64,000 nt of DNA from assembly GCA_001599295.1 (NCBI GenBank), contig BCGN01000001.1:2108001-2172000 (forward strand). Direction: 5' to 3'. This DNA is from Sporopachydermia quercuum. Its lineage: Eukaryota. Both the position numbers and the translations under genes were made by a program. Under the pieces are notes generated by a model. It did no database searches, was not told the DNA's origin, and saw only the letters and a list, made by a program, of their open reading frames with translations. This document shows, one piece after another, positions 21,291 through 34,019 of this stretch (positions are counted from its first letter, which is position 1; each line of letters starts with the position of its first letter).

Positions 21291-22505
21291 ATGACGACAT
21301 CTCCACCACCAGTCAATTCCTCAATCGACTTCAGCTCATCATCTTCCCTNACATTGAATACCAGTAAATCATGCTCGTCGAGCGATAACTTATCAAANAC
21401 TTCAAGTAGAAGAGCTCCTTCAGCATCAGAAGAATTAAATCCATCAAATAGTTCAGGCGAAGTAACATTGAGTGATATATTAGGTCAAAAGACCAATCCC
21501 CCTTTCACACTAAACAATCTTGCATCTTTCCTCCAATCAAGACACTCATTGGAGAATCTTTTCTTCCTAATAGATGTTGAAGAATATACTTTTCTTTATA
21601 CGCATTACAAAGCAAATCCTTGTCAAGGAACTCAGAATTTATTGTTTTCTCTATGGTTCAAAATAATCAATAATTATATGTTACCAGATTCTGATAANGA
21701 GATCAATTTACCTGGAGATATGAAGCATAGGCTTTTGAAGCATAATTTGCATTTAATAGAAGAATTGGATCAACACTCAGAAGACAATTTAAAACCAAAT
21801 TTTCATTTCAAATTCAACGATGGCACAACTATCACCACAAATAGTAAAGATGAACCATTAGCATTAAAGAATTCACAACGATTTCCGTCTCGAGAAAGGA
21901 AACAACACCCACCCATAAAACCACCGCATGCATCAATTCTTATGAAACCATATAAAACCATTCATGATTTAATTGAATCTTCAATACTACAAGATTTTAT
22001 TATTCACGTCACTTCCTCAGAATACAGACCGCCTATATTACCGATACCTCTATCGCCAATAACCAGCCCTAGTGTGAATGAAGGTTCANGGCCATCAATT
22101 ACCTCTCAGTTGCATCATGCAAATTCTGTGGTTGCCCCTTTCTCATATACTACAGAAACTCAAGTTCAATTACCACCTGACTCAAAATGTTGTGAACATT
22201 TTGAAGATTTCTCCTATGATTTCAAATCTTCTGGTTGTATACTCAATCAACGATCCCTATCTTCATCAGGTATCAATACTAAAAGGCCTGGGTCGACATC
22301 TTCAGCTTCGTCCAATAGACCCAAGATCGAACAGTGGAACAGTGATGATAAACCAAAAAAGAGCTGGTGGAATGTTTCTAAGTATGTGAAGAAACTAGCA
22401 AACAAAGATAGGTCAGCTGATTTGCATCAGTGTCAGTATTATTACTTAAGAGAGTTTGAGAATCGCCGACGAATAGTTAATGAAATGCATCGTGATAAAA
22501 ATTAA
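21291..22505 (+). CDS. RGS-domain regulator of G-protein signalling (Rgs2/RgsA-like)
   Basis: TLSDIL...PPFTLNNLASFLQSRHSLENLFFLIDVEEY...WFKIINNYM...EINLP...IHDLIESSILQDFI. Confidence 0.85.
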   Translation: MTTSPPPVNSSIDFSSSSSXTLNTSKSCSSSDNLSXTSSRRAPSASEELNPSNSSGEVTLSDILGQKTNPPFTLNNLASFLQSRHSLENLFFLIDVEEYTFLYTHYKANPCQGTQNLLFSLWFKIINNYMLPDSDXEINLPGDMKHRLLKHNLHLIEELDQHSEDNLKPNFHFKFNDGTTITTNSKDEPLALKNSQRFPSRERKQHPPIKPPHASILMKPYKTIHDLIESSILQDFIIHVTSSEYRPPILPIPLSPITSPSVNEGSXPSITSQLHHANSVVAPFSYTTETQVQLPPDSKCCEHFEDFSYDFKSSGCILNQRSLSSSGINTKRPGSTSSASSNRPKIEQWNSDDKPKKSWWNVSKYVKKLANKDRSADLHQCQYYYLREFENRRRIVNEMHRDKN

Positions 22506-23239
22506 GAGAGGATACCAGGGATTCGTCGTTTAATGGGAAAATATTTTAATTGTTCATACAAAAGATAATAATGAATATTTTTTAATATTACATTTAATGA
22601 AAGAGCTCAATATGATTCATCATAATTTATCAAAAGAAGAAAAATGTATACATAGAATAGTAATAAAAGTAAAGGAATTATTATTATAAGCAAGAATAGT
22701 ATAAAAGTGGAACTAAGATGAAGTTGTGGTTCAGCATAGTATTGAGCACCAAACCAAGTTACATTTTTAGAGATTTTCTAATTTCTAATTTCCTTTGTTT
22801 CTCTGATCAGACAAATACTGCTACAATGCAAGAACACCAAGTTATGAATGGGATATGAAGCAATTTCCATTGAACTCGAAGAATGATCTTTCAATAAGAA
22901 GAATATCCCAAGAACTGGTCTAGAACGCATGTTGTCAAGGTCTGTGTTGGGTGGGATACTTGTACAATTAATATTACACTCCAGTTCAACAGCAATTACT
23001 ACAATATTTTAGTAAGGAGAGGTTCCTAATGCATGGAAAGCTCATTTACGCCAATTTCCAAACCAGTCCCCTAAGATCCTCTAAGAAGAGAAAAGGAGAA
23101 AAACTTAAAATAGTTGTATGAAAGATGAAAAAATAATTAGTGAAAAAGTAACCGGTATTGACAATTCAACGGCAAACCAAGTATTTGATGGACCTTTTCC
23201 AACTATTCAGTTGGAATTACGAAAAATTTCTTAAAGGAC

Positions 23240-24900
23240 AGAACAACTTGAACACCTTAATGGTTCAGGCTTATACTTTGCTGAGAACTCAGTAGAAAAG
23301 TATTAGATATAAACACTATTTTAAACCAACAGTTAACAACATTTGTACCAAAAGAGAACATTCCAACCATTTCAACGTCTTTAACGTTTTCAACGGTTTT
23401 CATATTAAGGTTTTTAGTCATGCCGGTTAGTCAAATAAGGTTCAGAAGAATGAATAATTTTGTTGAAATGAAATGACACTACCGCAAAATATTCCATTTA
23501 TGTATAAACTTTAAACTCTCAAATGGCTTCACTTGCAGACAATTTCACTTGGCAAACTCTGTTATCCGAACATTACCCAAGTAAGACTTCATACACTGTT
23601 TCAGGGGAGCCTAACAAGACACTATCTCATCAACTCCTATTTATATGAATTTTATTACCCTATTCATGTCCAATATAAGAGGTGTAATATAAGCAATGCA
23701 ATTCCTTTTTGAATCCCTTACAAAGCTGGTACTAATCTATAATGTTCCATATATGGAAAGCAGTANAAAACAATGGGCGGAATTGTAGTGGTGATCCGAT
23801 ATCTTCTCAGATTATTCAGTTTTCTCGTTGCTGTTTGTTCATTCTCTAACAAGGAACACCCAAATTTTTTACCTTTGTATAACAATGTAGCAAAAGATCT
23901 CATAAATACCATAGAAACGTAACTATTTTTTTTCCAGGATTTCCGTCATGAGTATTTATTAGTTATCTCATTTTCTCTCGACCTTCCAGTTCCAGTTTAC
24001 ACTGTTCGTATATATATGACACATACGAACATGTAAGTAATCTCAAGAGTCATACATGTCTCATGTTGACTGAATTTCTGAAAAAAAGACCTTAAATCAA
24101 CAATTTTGTCCATCAAGTTATCTCAACGTCTAAAGCGAACTGCTGATTCGTGCAGTATACGTTAACTGATTTGCGCGCAATCTTCAGCTAACTGTTGATG
24201 AGTCGATCTGAATCATGTTTTATGCATGTACTCTCGCATTGTTTTCTAATTTCACATGATGGATGTCTCTTGTTGACAACGGATAGATCATAGAGATACG
24301 TAGGCAGTTATATGATCACCTGATTTTCTCAACCTGGGACACTTTACTTTCTTGTTGAAGCAAATTTTTTTCAAGCAAAACACTTGCTAATTTAATAATA
24401 TTATTTTCGAGAATATAGTGAGCGAATACGCGCTATGTTTGAAATATCCATAACTCGGTCTCTCGTTACGTAATTGGGGTTCTCTCAAAGTTGACTGATT
24501 CTGGTTCCTGCGACACTTATTTTTACAGTAGTTAGACCAGTCTTTCTGTATAACTAACACACAGTCCAAAAGCTGAACCATTTGTAAAACAGCTGAAAAA
24601 AGCTCAAATCATTCAATATTTCTTTCCATAGATATCATCAAAGTTGCTTATAATGGCAGAATTTCGGAGAAGATAGCTCCTACAACTTATCCATCTTTTT
24701 GCTCCTGCATAATCGTACATCCATATGCAAATGTCTGCTCTATCATTTTTAAGTGTCTGCGTGTTTATGCACAATAATGCAACTTNACCGTCGCTCACCA
24801 TAACAAAACAAATTCAATCGTGTTTAAATATTCGCATTTTCAAACCACTATTTGACTGTAATGATGGTATACTTTACCTGCCAATCTGTAAANACACTCT
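23240..24900 (-). pseudogene. possible heavily decayed ORF relic with faint hAT-transposase-like motifs
   Basis: Two consecutive minus-strand frames of about 150-160 codons carry only 4-5 internal stops each and read as protein-like text (HQQLAEDCAQIS*RILHESAVRFRR*DNLMDKIVDLRSFFQKFS). No TIR or TSD was found. Confidence 0.3.
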
Positions 24901-25486
24901 CAGCTTCTACAATATATATTCCATCAATCTATTCTCAGTTTAACTGTAACTGCAGCTCCGCTTTATTTCTTCAACCGTGACTATCCTAACAAACTTTAAT
25001 CACCAAGCATAAACCCAATTGGCACAATACTCTCTTCTTTTTTTTTTTTCTTTTTCTGTTTGAGCCTCTTTGAACTATTCTCTTTTTTTATTCTCTCTAG
25101 TTTGTTGGAGTGTTCATTCGTAATGTATTACTGATCAACTGGCAAACAGATGAAACAACATGTAGCGATCAGAATCTATTCTCCAGACAGTTATTTGGGT
25201 TCCGACGATCATCTTTTTCAGACCGTTGAAATGTTTCTAGAATAGGAAGCCAAGCACAACACAACAGAAGGAACGAAGTAAGGGAAGTTAACAGATAGAA
25301 CTGTCAGTAGGATATAGGGAAGAGGGGAACTAGTAGCTGGGACTAATAGCAGTTGCAGTGGGTCTCTCGCAACGTAAACCTCGGTTCTCTGTTGCTATTC
25401 CCCATTTTCCCCTTTGTCCCTTGAGCCAACAGAATGGCCTAGTCCCTTGAACTCATTCCAAACCTTTGCAACTGTATAAAAATAAA

Positions 25487-28030
25487 ATGGCTGATCAGTC
25501 TTATCAGGCTACACTGTTTTTGCCGCAACAATCTTTTTACGAATATTCAAGCTCTCTTGGAAATAAACTCTGTTTCGACTCTTCTTCCGACATCTCGGAA
25601 CTTGTCTCCGGAAAGAGAAATCCAATTCTCGAGTCGAATAGGATCTGATGAGGTAATTAGCGCCATTGAAGCCTATATGCTTTTGAGAAATATAGATCAG
25701 AAAGCGGAGCAGATGGGAGAGATCTGTCGAATATTACTGGATGTGTTTGATATAGATTCTGAGGGCAGGAGTTTAGAACCGGAAAGAAGAATTTCTACTG
25801 ATCACTGATGTTGATACCACCGATACTGTTAACAGTAGGATGGAACTTCCTAGAAGTAGCAATTATATAGGACCTGAAGTTACTGTGTGTGATGATGATG
25901 ACGATGATATGTCAATTCATTTGCTTAGGAGTTCCCTTCTGACTTGCTACTGAAAACTGGACTGACCTCAATTTNGACGGTAATGGGACCATTGGGAATG
26001 ACATCAACAATGGTTATTTGGNTGCTCTATACAATCATGTAAATAGTAGTATTAACTATATAGATGACTCTATCAATACGATAATAGATAATGACCTACC
26101 TGCAAATAGGAAAAGACCAAGGGATTATACGCATAATATCGATAAGGATCATCCGAAAGCATTATAAGCACTAAAAAGTGCTTAATGAAACCAAAGTTCA
26201 ATACGAATATCGGCGACTACAATAGTGGCCAATAACTTTTCCAATAATCTTTTCGTGAACCCTGTTGATATTATATCGAAGATTAATTATGACTCTTCAG
26301 TCAGAGCTTTCAACCCTTCATTGCCTGAAAGTAACTCCAGTAGTAGTCAACGGAGATTTGATGATTGATCACATAAAAATCCATCTAATGACAGAAATGG
26401 TGTTCTAAATACTATTGGGATTCCCCCTAATGGTTCCATTGACAAGACTAACAATGCTGATTATACTAATAACACTACAACCAAGTTTGATGTCAAGGAC
26501 AGTGTTCTACGGTTTGGTGATTTCTCGCAGCTATATATGACCACCCAAAGCATAGAATAAGATGAAAGACTTTACCATGAAAATACTTTGAAAGTAGTAT
26601 CTGAGCTATTTTCAATGTGCCGTCCATTGAATATCTCGTTTCACGACCTGTATATTGGGAGGTTTGATTCAGTTGATTCAGTAGTTGTAAGAGAAGTATT
26701 GGGACCGGAGGTGATTTGATGTGTGGTAAAGTCACCAGTGGTATAATAAGTATTTATCAATATTATAAAGCGTTTCACTGTCCATTCTGTGGCTAGTATG
26801 GACAAACCTGTCAATATAAGCATCGACAGCATTGAGGTAGNCAATCAGAGAGAGAGAGAGGATTAGCCAATCTGAGTGCAGTTTTGGTGATAAAAATAGA
26901 AATATCTGTAATAATAATACTTATGGTNCTTATAGTTATGGTGATAGTGAAAGTGATAGTACTACCAGGAAGAAAAATCCTGTTGTTAGAAATACGCAAA
27001 GAAGAGACCCAGCATCGTATTAGTGTTACCATTACCAATAACATTCACATTACCACTCCTTTTGACTCTTCAGTTCTGAATACTGGTGCACGGAATACAA
27101 ATAGAAACATTGGTAGCATCTGATTTTTCCCTAATGGAAAGAAGGGTAGACTCCAGCCCATCGCTTCTTCCAGAAAAACATTCTCTTAGCGGGGTTGCTA
27201 GAAACACTTACTTCACCTTTACTAAGACTTCTAACAGTCGACCATCCCCTGGTCTTCATGCCTCAATTCCTTGTGATCACCAAGAAGATTCTCCAGAGGA
27301 AACTTCCAGCTTCTCCTTCACCTTCTCTCTTTACACCATGAACATTCCATTCAGTGAAATGGTCTACAAAGGCTTCTCTCTTCCTATCAGCTTCGGCTCT
27401 GCCCCGGTCATCACAGAATATCTCGGAAGTGCCTTCCTACTAAGCTATATCCTAGTAACTCCCCACCGTCNACTAGAGAACGACAGAGACTTTGATAAAT
27501 TCTTCTCCTTTTATCGAGAAATCTTCTTAAACTGATTAAAAGCTTTGAGGGAATCAACCGTTGTGGTATATCTTGCCCCGCTATCAACTCTTTTGACAGC
27601 GACCCTGCATCATTGATTGCGGAATTTGTCGAATTCCTTTCCGTTTTCATCTTAGATATGTCGAAATGGGAACCTATGTATAAGCTATACGTTCCAGTTG
27701 ACATTCAGGTGACTTACGAATCTTACGTCGAAATGTATTGTTAAATTATCAATGAGGTTGTGGAGGATAGAATGTCTATTGGCTATGCATTTGAACCTTA
27801 GCTTCTGTTCTTACTTCGGTTTAAAAACCAAANAGACTCTCAATTTGATGACAGGATGATTAGAATCCATACTGCTAATTGGCGGGGTAATCGGAACGAA
27901 TACGAGGTATACAGAATGTATGATAAATGTATGGAATGTCATGAATCAGTTAGACAAAACTTTAGCGAATACGTTTATGAGGGAGGGGCCATTTGTGGGC
28001 AAGTGGTGTAACTCGAAAAAGATACGTAGT
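25487..28030 (+). pseudogene. decayed orphan gene (about 850 codons) with nonsense and frameshift lesions
   Basis: ATG at 25487. One frame runs 25982-26860 through isolated stops (26366, 26558, 26717, 26744/26747). Another runs about 27520-28030 with three stops (27742, 27799, 28009). Asn/Asp/Ser-rich codon style matches the neighbouring genes. Confidence 0.65.
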
Positions 28031-29042
28031 GGTGAAACGGCAAANATGAAGTTCAGAAAGCTGATGAAGCTATTGCTGAAAGATTACGAGTAATAGTAGT
28101 GAAAGTAACCGTCAGGAAACTACGGATAGTATCTTGACGGTAAGGATAGATGGATGGACAAACTAAGTTATTATCATAACACACTGNAAATATTACTCTC
28201 ACTCACTATTTATCATCTAACCAATTATAGTACCTAATTACTATAATACAGCCAAATCACCTTCCTACGACAACGACAAGAAAAGCTTCTATAATCTTTT
28301 TATATTCTTTAGTTGANATCGATCCATAGATAAGACGAAAGCACATAAGATTCCAACACTTTGTGAAAAACAGAACAAAGAAAACAAGAATGAAAATAGA
28401 AAAGCATAAAACCTTTTGATAAAATTCAAAACGAACATTTCCCAATAGACAGGACATTGATAATGTTGATTCTATTGTGATNAAAAAGATAATGCAATTG
28501 CATGCGATTGNTGTCGTTTTCGTATGCTTGCTGAGAAATTTGTAATTGATTAGACAACCGAGTACTGGATTGAATAACAAAAGCGAATGACAGCTAAGCA
28601 AAAACCAATGATTGCTGGTCACCAACAACGTCCATATCATTTTCCATTAAATCCTTATCTATCTTCGTACAACAAACAAAATACAACAATATATCAATAC
28701 GCTCACACTCATAACCACTTCAAACTAATCATCTAAATGTTTTCCCCATCTCGTTAAAGCCCATACTACCGAGTATGCGATTATAGAATAAAAAATCAAA
28801 CTAATAGTGAAGTGTATATGCATGGCACCATCTTCAACTATTACTTCAGATCCCAATTCTACTATCAACATCTGAGTTAGCTTCTTACTAATCTGTATAA
28901 CACTTTTGACCTNTTTTTTTTGTTCACTCAATTCCCAATTTCCTTGACACTATTTCTCTCTCATTACTCCAGCATATAACCATCCATCCAACCGTGACAC
29001 ATCTCCAATCTTTATCAAGTACATTATACAATTACACCAACT

Positions 29043-29774
29043 TCAATCATCACTACTGATCAACCTCGAGTTATCGGACTTGGCTTCCAAAATACGATTT
29101 CTAATTCCTTGTAGGATTTCGTTATCCTTTTGTTCATTCTTTTCAATTATCAAAGTTCTCAACCATTTATTCTCCATTTCCAACTTCATGATCTTAGTTT
29201 CCAAAGCTTGAACTTTGTCACTCAATTCACGAGCAGTTCTTTCCATTTCTTGTTCCCTTTGCTTCTTCTTGATGCGGAATCTAGCTGATGCTGCAGTGTT
29301 TCTTCTTCTCTTATCTTCTTCAGCAGCGACAGAAGGGGTTGAGACATCAGATTTACTGATATCTTCTCCGGCTTTCCTCTTTCGGCTAGTTGTTGTAATG
29401 CTGCTAGGGGTTGAAAAATCAATTGGGCTTCCTATCAAAGGAGAAGCTTTCATAATTGCTGGAGAGATTCCAACATTGGCTACAACAGGAACTTGAGCTT
29501 GAATTTGAGTTGAACCAGTTGGTTGAACTTCGATATTCTGAATATTCTGTTGTTGCTGTTGTAAAACTGGTTTCTTTTGCTCAGTGGGGAAACTGAACAA
29601 ATCAATTTCTCCATTGGCATCAACATCTAAGTTGAAGAAATCCGCATTAGTAAATAAAGCTAATTCATCTTGTTGTAACTGTTGTTCAGGCAATGAGTTC
29701 AAGGCCACTTCAGGGTCCAAGTTCAAAGTCTCAATATACTTAGAAACTGTCATATTGAACGATTCAAATGACAT
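29043..29774 (-). CDS. MET4: bZIP sulfur-regulon activator of the MetR/Cys-3/Met4 type
   Basis: DELALFTNADFFNLD activation motif and EEDKRRRNTAASARFRIKKKQREQEMER...LEMENKWLRTLIIEK. Confidence 0.8.
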   Translation of the reverse strand: MSFESFNMTVSKYIETLNLDPEVALNSLPEQQLQQDELALFTNADFFNLDVDANGEIDLFSFPTEQKKPVLQQQQQNIQNIEVQPTGSTQIQAQVPVVANVGISPAIMKASPLIGSPIDFSTPSSITTTSRKRKAGEDISKSDVSTPSVAAEEDKRRRNTAASARFRIKKKQREQEMERTARELSDKVQALETKIMKLEMENKWLRTLIIEKNEQKDNEILQGIRNRILEAKSDNSRLISSDD

Positions 29775-30391
29775 CTTTGTTATATTATCCGTAGAGATAA
29801 TTCATCGACTACTTTATAACAATGAGTCCCAAGGTATCTCCTTTCCGTTATCAGTTCTTTTCTTCCGTCTAATATAATTTGATAGCCAAACTCACAAATC
29901 AATTAATCCTTAACTGTTGGTGATGTTGAATATACTGGGAATATTTATATTTAGAAGAGTAGTGAACGTACCCGAGAATATCCTAACTGCAGTTGAAAAT
30001 GGTTATTCTGACACTACAAGTTATTATGACCTTGTGGCAAGATTCTCAATAGGTCTTTTGCAGTTGACGAGCAAAAAAAACTAATCAATAACTTCTTTCA
30101 CTTCAGGAGAAAAGAATGATAAAATGAACGTGAAGAACTCATAANAATAGTATTGNCTTGACAGAGCATATAGGGAAGGGATAAGAAGGATGGAAAAAAG
30201 TGTTGATGTGAATGTAAAGGAACAAAAACCCCTTTGCTTATTAATTTTGCATTGAGTGATTGAAAAGTTTTATGTTTGTAATTAGCGCCGAATTAAGTTA
30301 ATATTTCCCGACTACAATTTGAAGTAAAGGGTCTTAAAAGAAAACGGGGAGAAAAAATACTATTTTGGGAAACTCTGCGGGGTCTGAACAA

Positions 30392-30399
30392 GTCACGTG
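30392..30399. promoter_or_regulatory. GTCACGTG E-box (Cbf1-type) upstream of the bZIP gene
   Basis: Exact RTCACGTG match about 620 bp upstream of the ATG. Confidence 0.45.
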
Positions 30400-31220
30400 T
30401 TGTTAGGAAATAANGAAAAAGGTGATGTAAGAATGAAATGAGACGTCATGTTGCATTCTTGAGACAGTTTAAGTGTAAAAGAATGGGAATGCATGCTCAT
30501 TGATAACCATTGAGAGCAAAAGTTTTCAAGCTTTTGGATCTTAACTTGAGGAGTCAGTTGTATTGATATATATTCACCTGGTTGGTTGTTCTTAAATTTG
30601 GTGGAATGCTTACCAATTGACACTACCCCGATTCATATTCTAATCTAGTTAACCTTGCGTCTCATTCCGTCAATTGTCATAGAAAGCAATAGAGCGAATT
30701 TCAGACCCTTCAGGTTAATAAGAAGAAAAAAAATTACTCGCTTCTCCGCTGATCCTTCATTTTTGTGAACTACTTACTAACTAGTTGCACNTCTGTTGCT
30801 CCCTACAATTTTATAGAGTTGGAAGAGGTTCGACAGTTATTGGTTGTTTTAAGAGGAGCCAAGCCTGCGTTTTGCTCTAAACCATCTAGATAGATGAGTC
30901 TTACCTTAGATTAAAGTTTCACCCATTCTAGACCCTTATGATTACGCCATTTCACTACAGAAAATGCAAATGTTAAACAACACGACGCATACATTTCCAG
31001 TTGATGTGCGAGACATAAGACTGATAGGGACTTGATTGCTATTCAGGCGCTTGAAACTTTGATGATCATTAGCAAGAGATGTCTTATAACTTATGGGTGG
31101 TACTTATTGGTTCCTCAGTCATTGATTGTCCAGTGATTCTTTATNTTAACCAGAAAGAGAGTTTCTTAGAACTTCGTGTGCTAAATTAGGGATTGTGAAA
31201 CCTTCTTTTAGCATAACATT

Positions 31221-31240
31221 TCACGTGTCTAAATCACGTG
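31221..31240. promoter_or_regulatory. tandem TCACGTG E-boxes in the bZIP/thioesterase divergent intergenic region
   Basis: tcacgtgtctaaatcacgtg contains two sites 13 bp apart. Confidence 0.45.
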
Positions 31241-32453
31241 CAAGCTCTGGATGTCNGAAATTATATCCAATGATATTTAAGTTTAATGTTTGATCCTGAA
31301 ATGAGATGTAAGGTCTAAAACACTCTCTTTTCCGAATTCTCCGACTTCGGATTTGCAGCAGGGAACTTTCCACTTAATTATTGTCTTATATTGCAACTTT
31401 TTACTTATGATCCGAATACCGAGATACGTTGAAATGGTAAGCTAGCAAAGGTACTACCGATATGGCTCAGCCTAGTTGTGCTTATTAACCAGATAACAGG
31501 TATCGCCAGTCAATTGAGTAAAGTATTTGATTGAAATGTATGTTTTCAAATTGGACTTTATTTGGAGAAAAAGTCTGTTGACATTTTTTCATCGATACAT
31601 ACTAAAAATTGGCACAATGTAGAGACATATAGCCCGTATTCTTGGCTCGCTCTAGTAAAGATAAACATCCAACTCATCGTGTAACCGAATGGATACGAAG
31701 TACGTACGAAAGGACCTGNCTTTCCTGTTACACCGCTTTTGCATCAAATCATACAACCGCACTCTTTGACATACCAAGTCTAATTACCCAAGCCTATCTA
31801 TCTTATTCCTTTTAGTGTCTCTATATATTCATCCCACAGTCTATCTGCAACCAGCAATCTATCCAGCTCCGTCTTTCCGAACCGTTTCCGATTATCTCAT
31901 CAATAACTCCCTTCCTCAGCTTTAAGGTTTGCCAAAACTCTATCTTTCGTTTATTGAGGAGCCACAAAAATTTATACTGTATGCAAGGAGGTGGTCATTG
32001 NACTTTCAGNTTTCAGCCTTCTTCTAGCTTCTTATTATGGTTACTATATCGTTTATATAGTTAATAAAAATCAATAGTTGAAGAAAGCTCAATTAGATGA
32101 AAACTTAGAGNCTTCTGAAGCGAGCGTAGTTGGTGATCTGGGCAGATTGTATATAGTTATTCTGAGGTCTAAGGTCTAGTTATTCTTGATCGGTTCTCAG
32201 TTTTCAGGTACTTGATAGGCCAGCAATAGGACACCAATCGCTGTATATACTTGTATTTATCAAATAATTTTACTCTGAAAGGACAAATGGGAATAAATTT
32301 GTCGCTGAAAGAAGCTTCTGCTTAGACAATCAACATAAATTATAGCATCAATAAGCTAGGATATCAATANCGTTGTTGCATCTTCCAAGTAACATGCAAC
32401 CATAAACCGCATAATTTTGATCCAATAGCTTAATCACATAAAGTATCAATATA

Positions 32454-34019
32454 ATGACGAAACTGACACATTTGAATGCTACTCATATACTCAGAAGAGC
32501 AGCCTTCTTATCGAACAAACGATTTTTCAGCTCATCTTATAGTCTATTCAACTCTGACTCTAAATCTAACCATGGCATACATCTCTTTCAACCATTGGCA
32601 GCTAGAATGCCATTGTCACCAATGGCAAGATCGTCAACATGGATTCAAGCATTAGAAGCGCGGAAAGAACAACTTAGAAAAGGAGAAGTTCCTTCTGATT
32701 CTTATAGAACGACAACTCCAGAAAGTTTGACCCCCATCACTGAAGTAAGGGTGCGTGATGACAGTTTCTCTTATGTCGTACTACCATTTGCTCAAGACGA
32801 GTGGTTGCTTGATGCTTATATCAATTCTGCTGGTAGATTACGTATAGGTCAAATTTTCCAAGATCTTGACGCTTTAGCAGCAGTAATTGCTTATAAGCAT
32901 TGTGCTCCAGCAGAACCAATGTTAGTCACGGCTTCTGTTGATAGAGTTTATATGCTCAAACGATTAGACAATATTGATAAAGCCAATGTCATCTTAGCTG
33001 GTTATGTCACTTGGACTGGTAGAACAAGTATGGAGATTAGCATCAAAGCATTGCTTACTGATAAGAAGTTCAACATGAATAATAGGTTTGAATTAGCAAA
33101 AGAAAAAAGAATGCTTGTAGAGGAAGATATCAAAGATGATGAGTTGTTCCTTACTTGCAACATGACATTTGTTGCCAGAAACCCTGTTACTAAGAAAGGT
33201 TTCCCTATTAATAAGTTAGTACCTCAAAATGAGAACCAATGGTTAGATTTCCGCCATGCTGAGTCTTATAATGCTAAGAAAAAACTTGATGCTTCTAAAA
33301 CAGCATTATCTATTCTCCCACCGTCAGAAGAGGAAAGTCAATTGATCCATAACTTATGGCTTCAAGATAAACATTTCCTTGCCAATCCTGGCTCTAGGCC
33401 GCCCAATGTTGTGCCAATGAAATACACCCGGGTTGATTCTACAGCTATTATGCAACCTCAGTATAGGAACCTACACTCCTATATGATTTTTGGTGGTTAT
33501 TTATTAAGGCAAACGTTTGAACTTGCTTACAGTTGTGCAGCAGCATTCAGTAAACGAGTTCCTAGGTTTGTTTCATTGGACTCTACTACTTTCAGAGCTC
33601 CAGTTCCTGTTGGTAGTGTAATGTATTTAAAAGCTACAGTGGCTTACACAGAACATGTTCATCGAAAACTTATATCTGGGAATGGAGCAGACGAAGGCAT
33701 CGCTGGCCAAATTGACTTTATCACCAAACCAGGAACTCTTATTTTGGTGCGAGTTGATTCTACTGTTAGAGATTTGGACCATGGACATATGAGAGACACT
33801 GGCAGCTTTACCTATTCATATTTTGTTGCCTCTGAAGTCGATCCTGAAAAGCCTGATCAGTATGCTAATGAGAGTCCTACACCATTTGATGAAGAAGGAT
33901 TCTATAGTGTATTGCCTCAGACATATAATGAAATGATGATGTTTATTGATGCAAGAAGACAAGCACAAGATAGTGTGAGGTTCTCTAAAACAGCAATTGG
34001 TAATATTATTACTGAGTAG
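32454..34019 (+). CDS. mitochondrial double-hotdog acyl-CoA thioesterase (ACOT9-like)
   Basis: Presequence, then YINSAGRLRIGQIFQDLDALAAVIAYKH, VTASVD, VTWTGRTSME and MQPQYRNLHSYMIFGGYLLRQTFELA. Confidence 0.9.
   Translation: MTKLTHLNATHILRRAAFLSNKRFFSSSYSLFNSDSKSNHGIHLFQPLAARMPLSPMARSSTWIQALEARKEQLRKGEVPSDSYRTTTPESLTPITEVRVRDDSFSYVVLPFAQDEWLLDAYINSAGRLRIGQIFQDLDALAAVIAYKHCAPAEPMLVTASVDRVYMLKRLDNIDKANVILAGYVTWTGRTSMEISIKALLTDKKFNMNNRFELAKEKRMLVEEDIKDDELFLTCNMTFVARNPVTKKGFPINKLVPQNENQWLDFRHAESYNAKKKLDASKTALSILPPSEEESQLIHNLWLQDKHFLANPGSRPPNVVPMKYTRVDSTAIMQPQYRNLHSYMIFGGYLLRQTFELAYSCAAAFSKRVPRFVSLDSTTFRAPVPVGSVMYLKATVAYTEHVHRKLISGNGADEGIAGQIDFITKPGTLILVRVDSTVRDLDHGHMRDTGSFTYSYFVASEVDPEKPDQYANESPTPFDEEGFYSVLPQTYNEMMMFIDARRQAQDSVRFSKTAIGNIITE

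Noticed and set aside
24016..24631. Possible spliced mini-gene (ATG at 24016, GTAAGT near 24033, ACTAAC...CAG at 24564)
   Set aside because: It yields only about 27 aa with no recognisable motif and overlaps the minus-strand relic; likely chance.
29780..29975. 5'-UTR intron in the bZIP gene (minus-strand GTACGT near 29970; a similar donor near 12265 for FCR1)
   Set aside because: No canonical CTAAC branch point with an acceptor was found downstream in either case.
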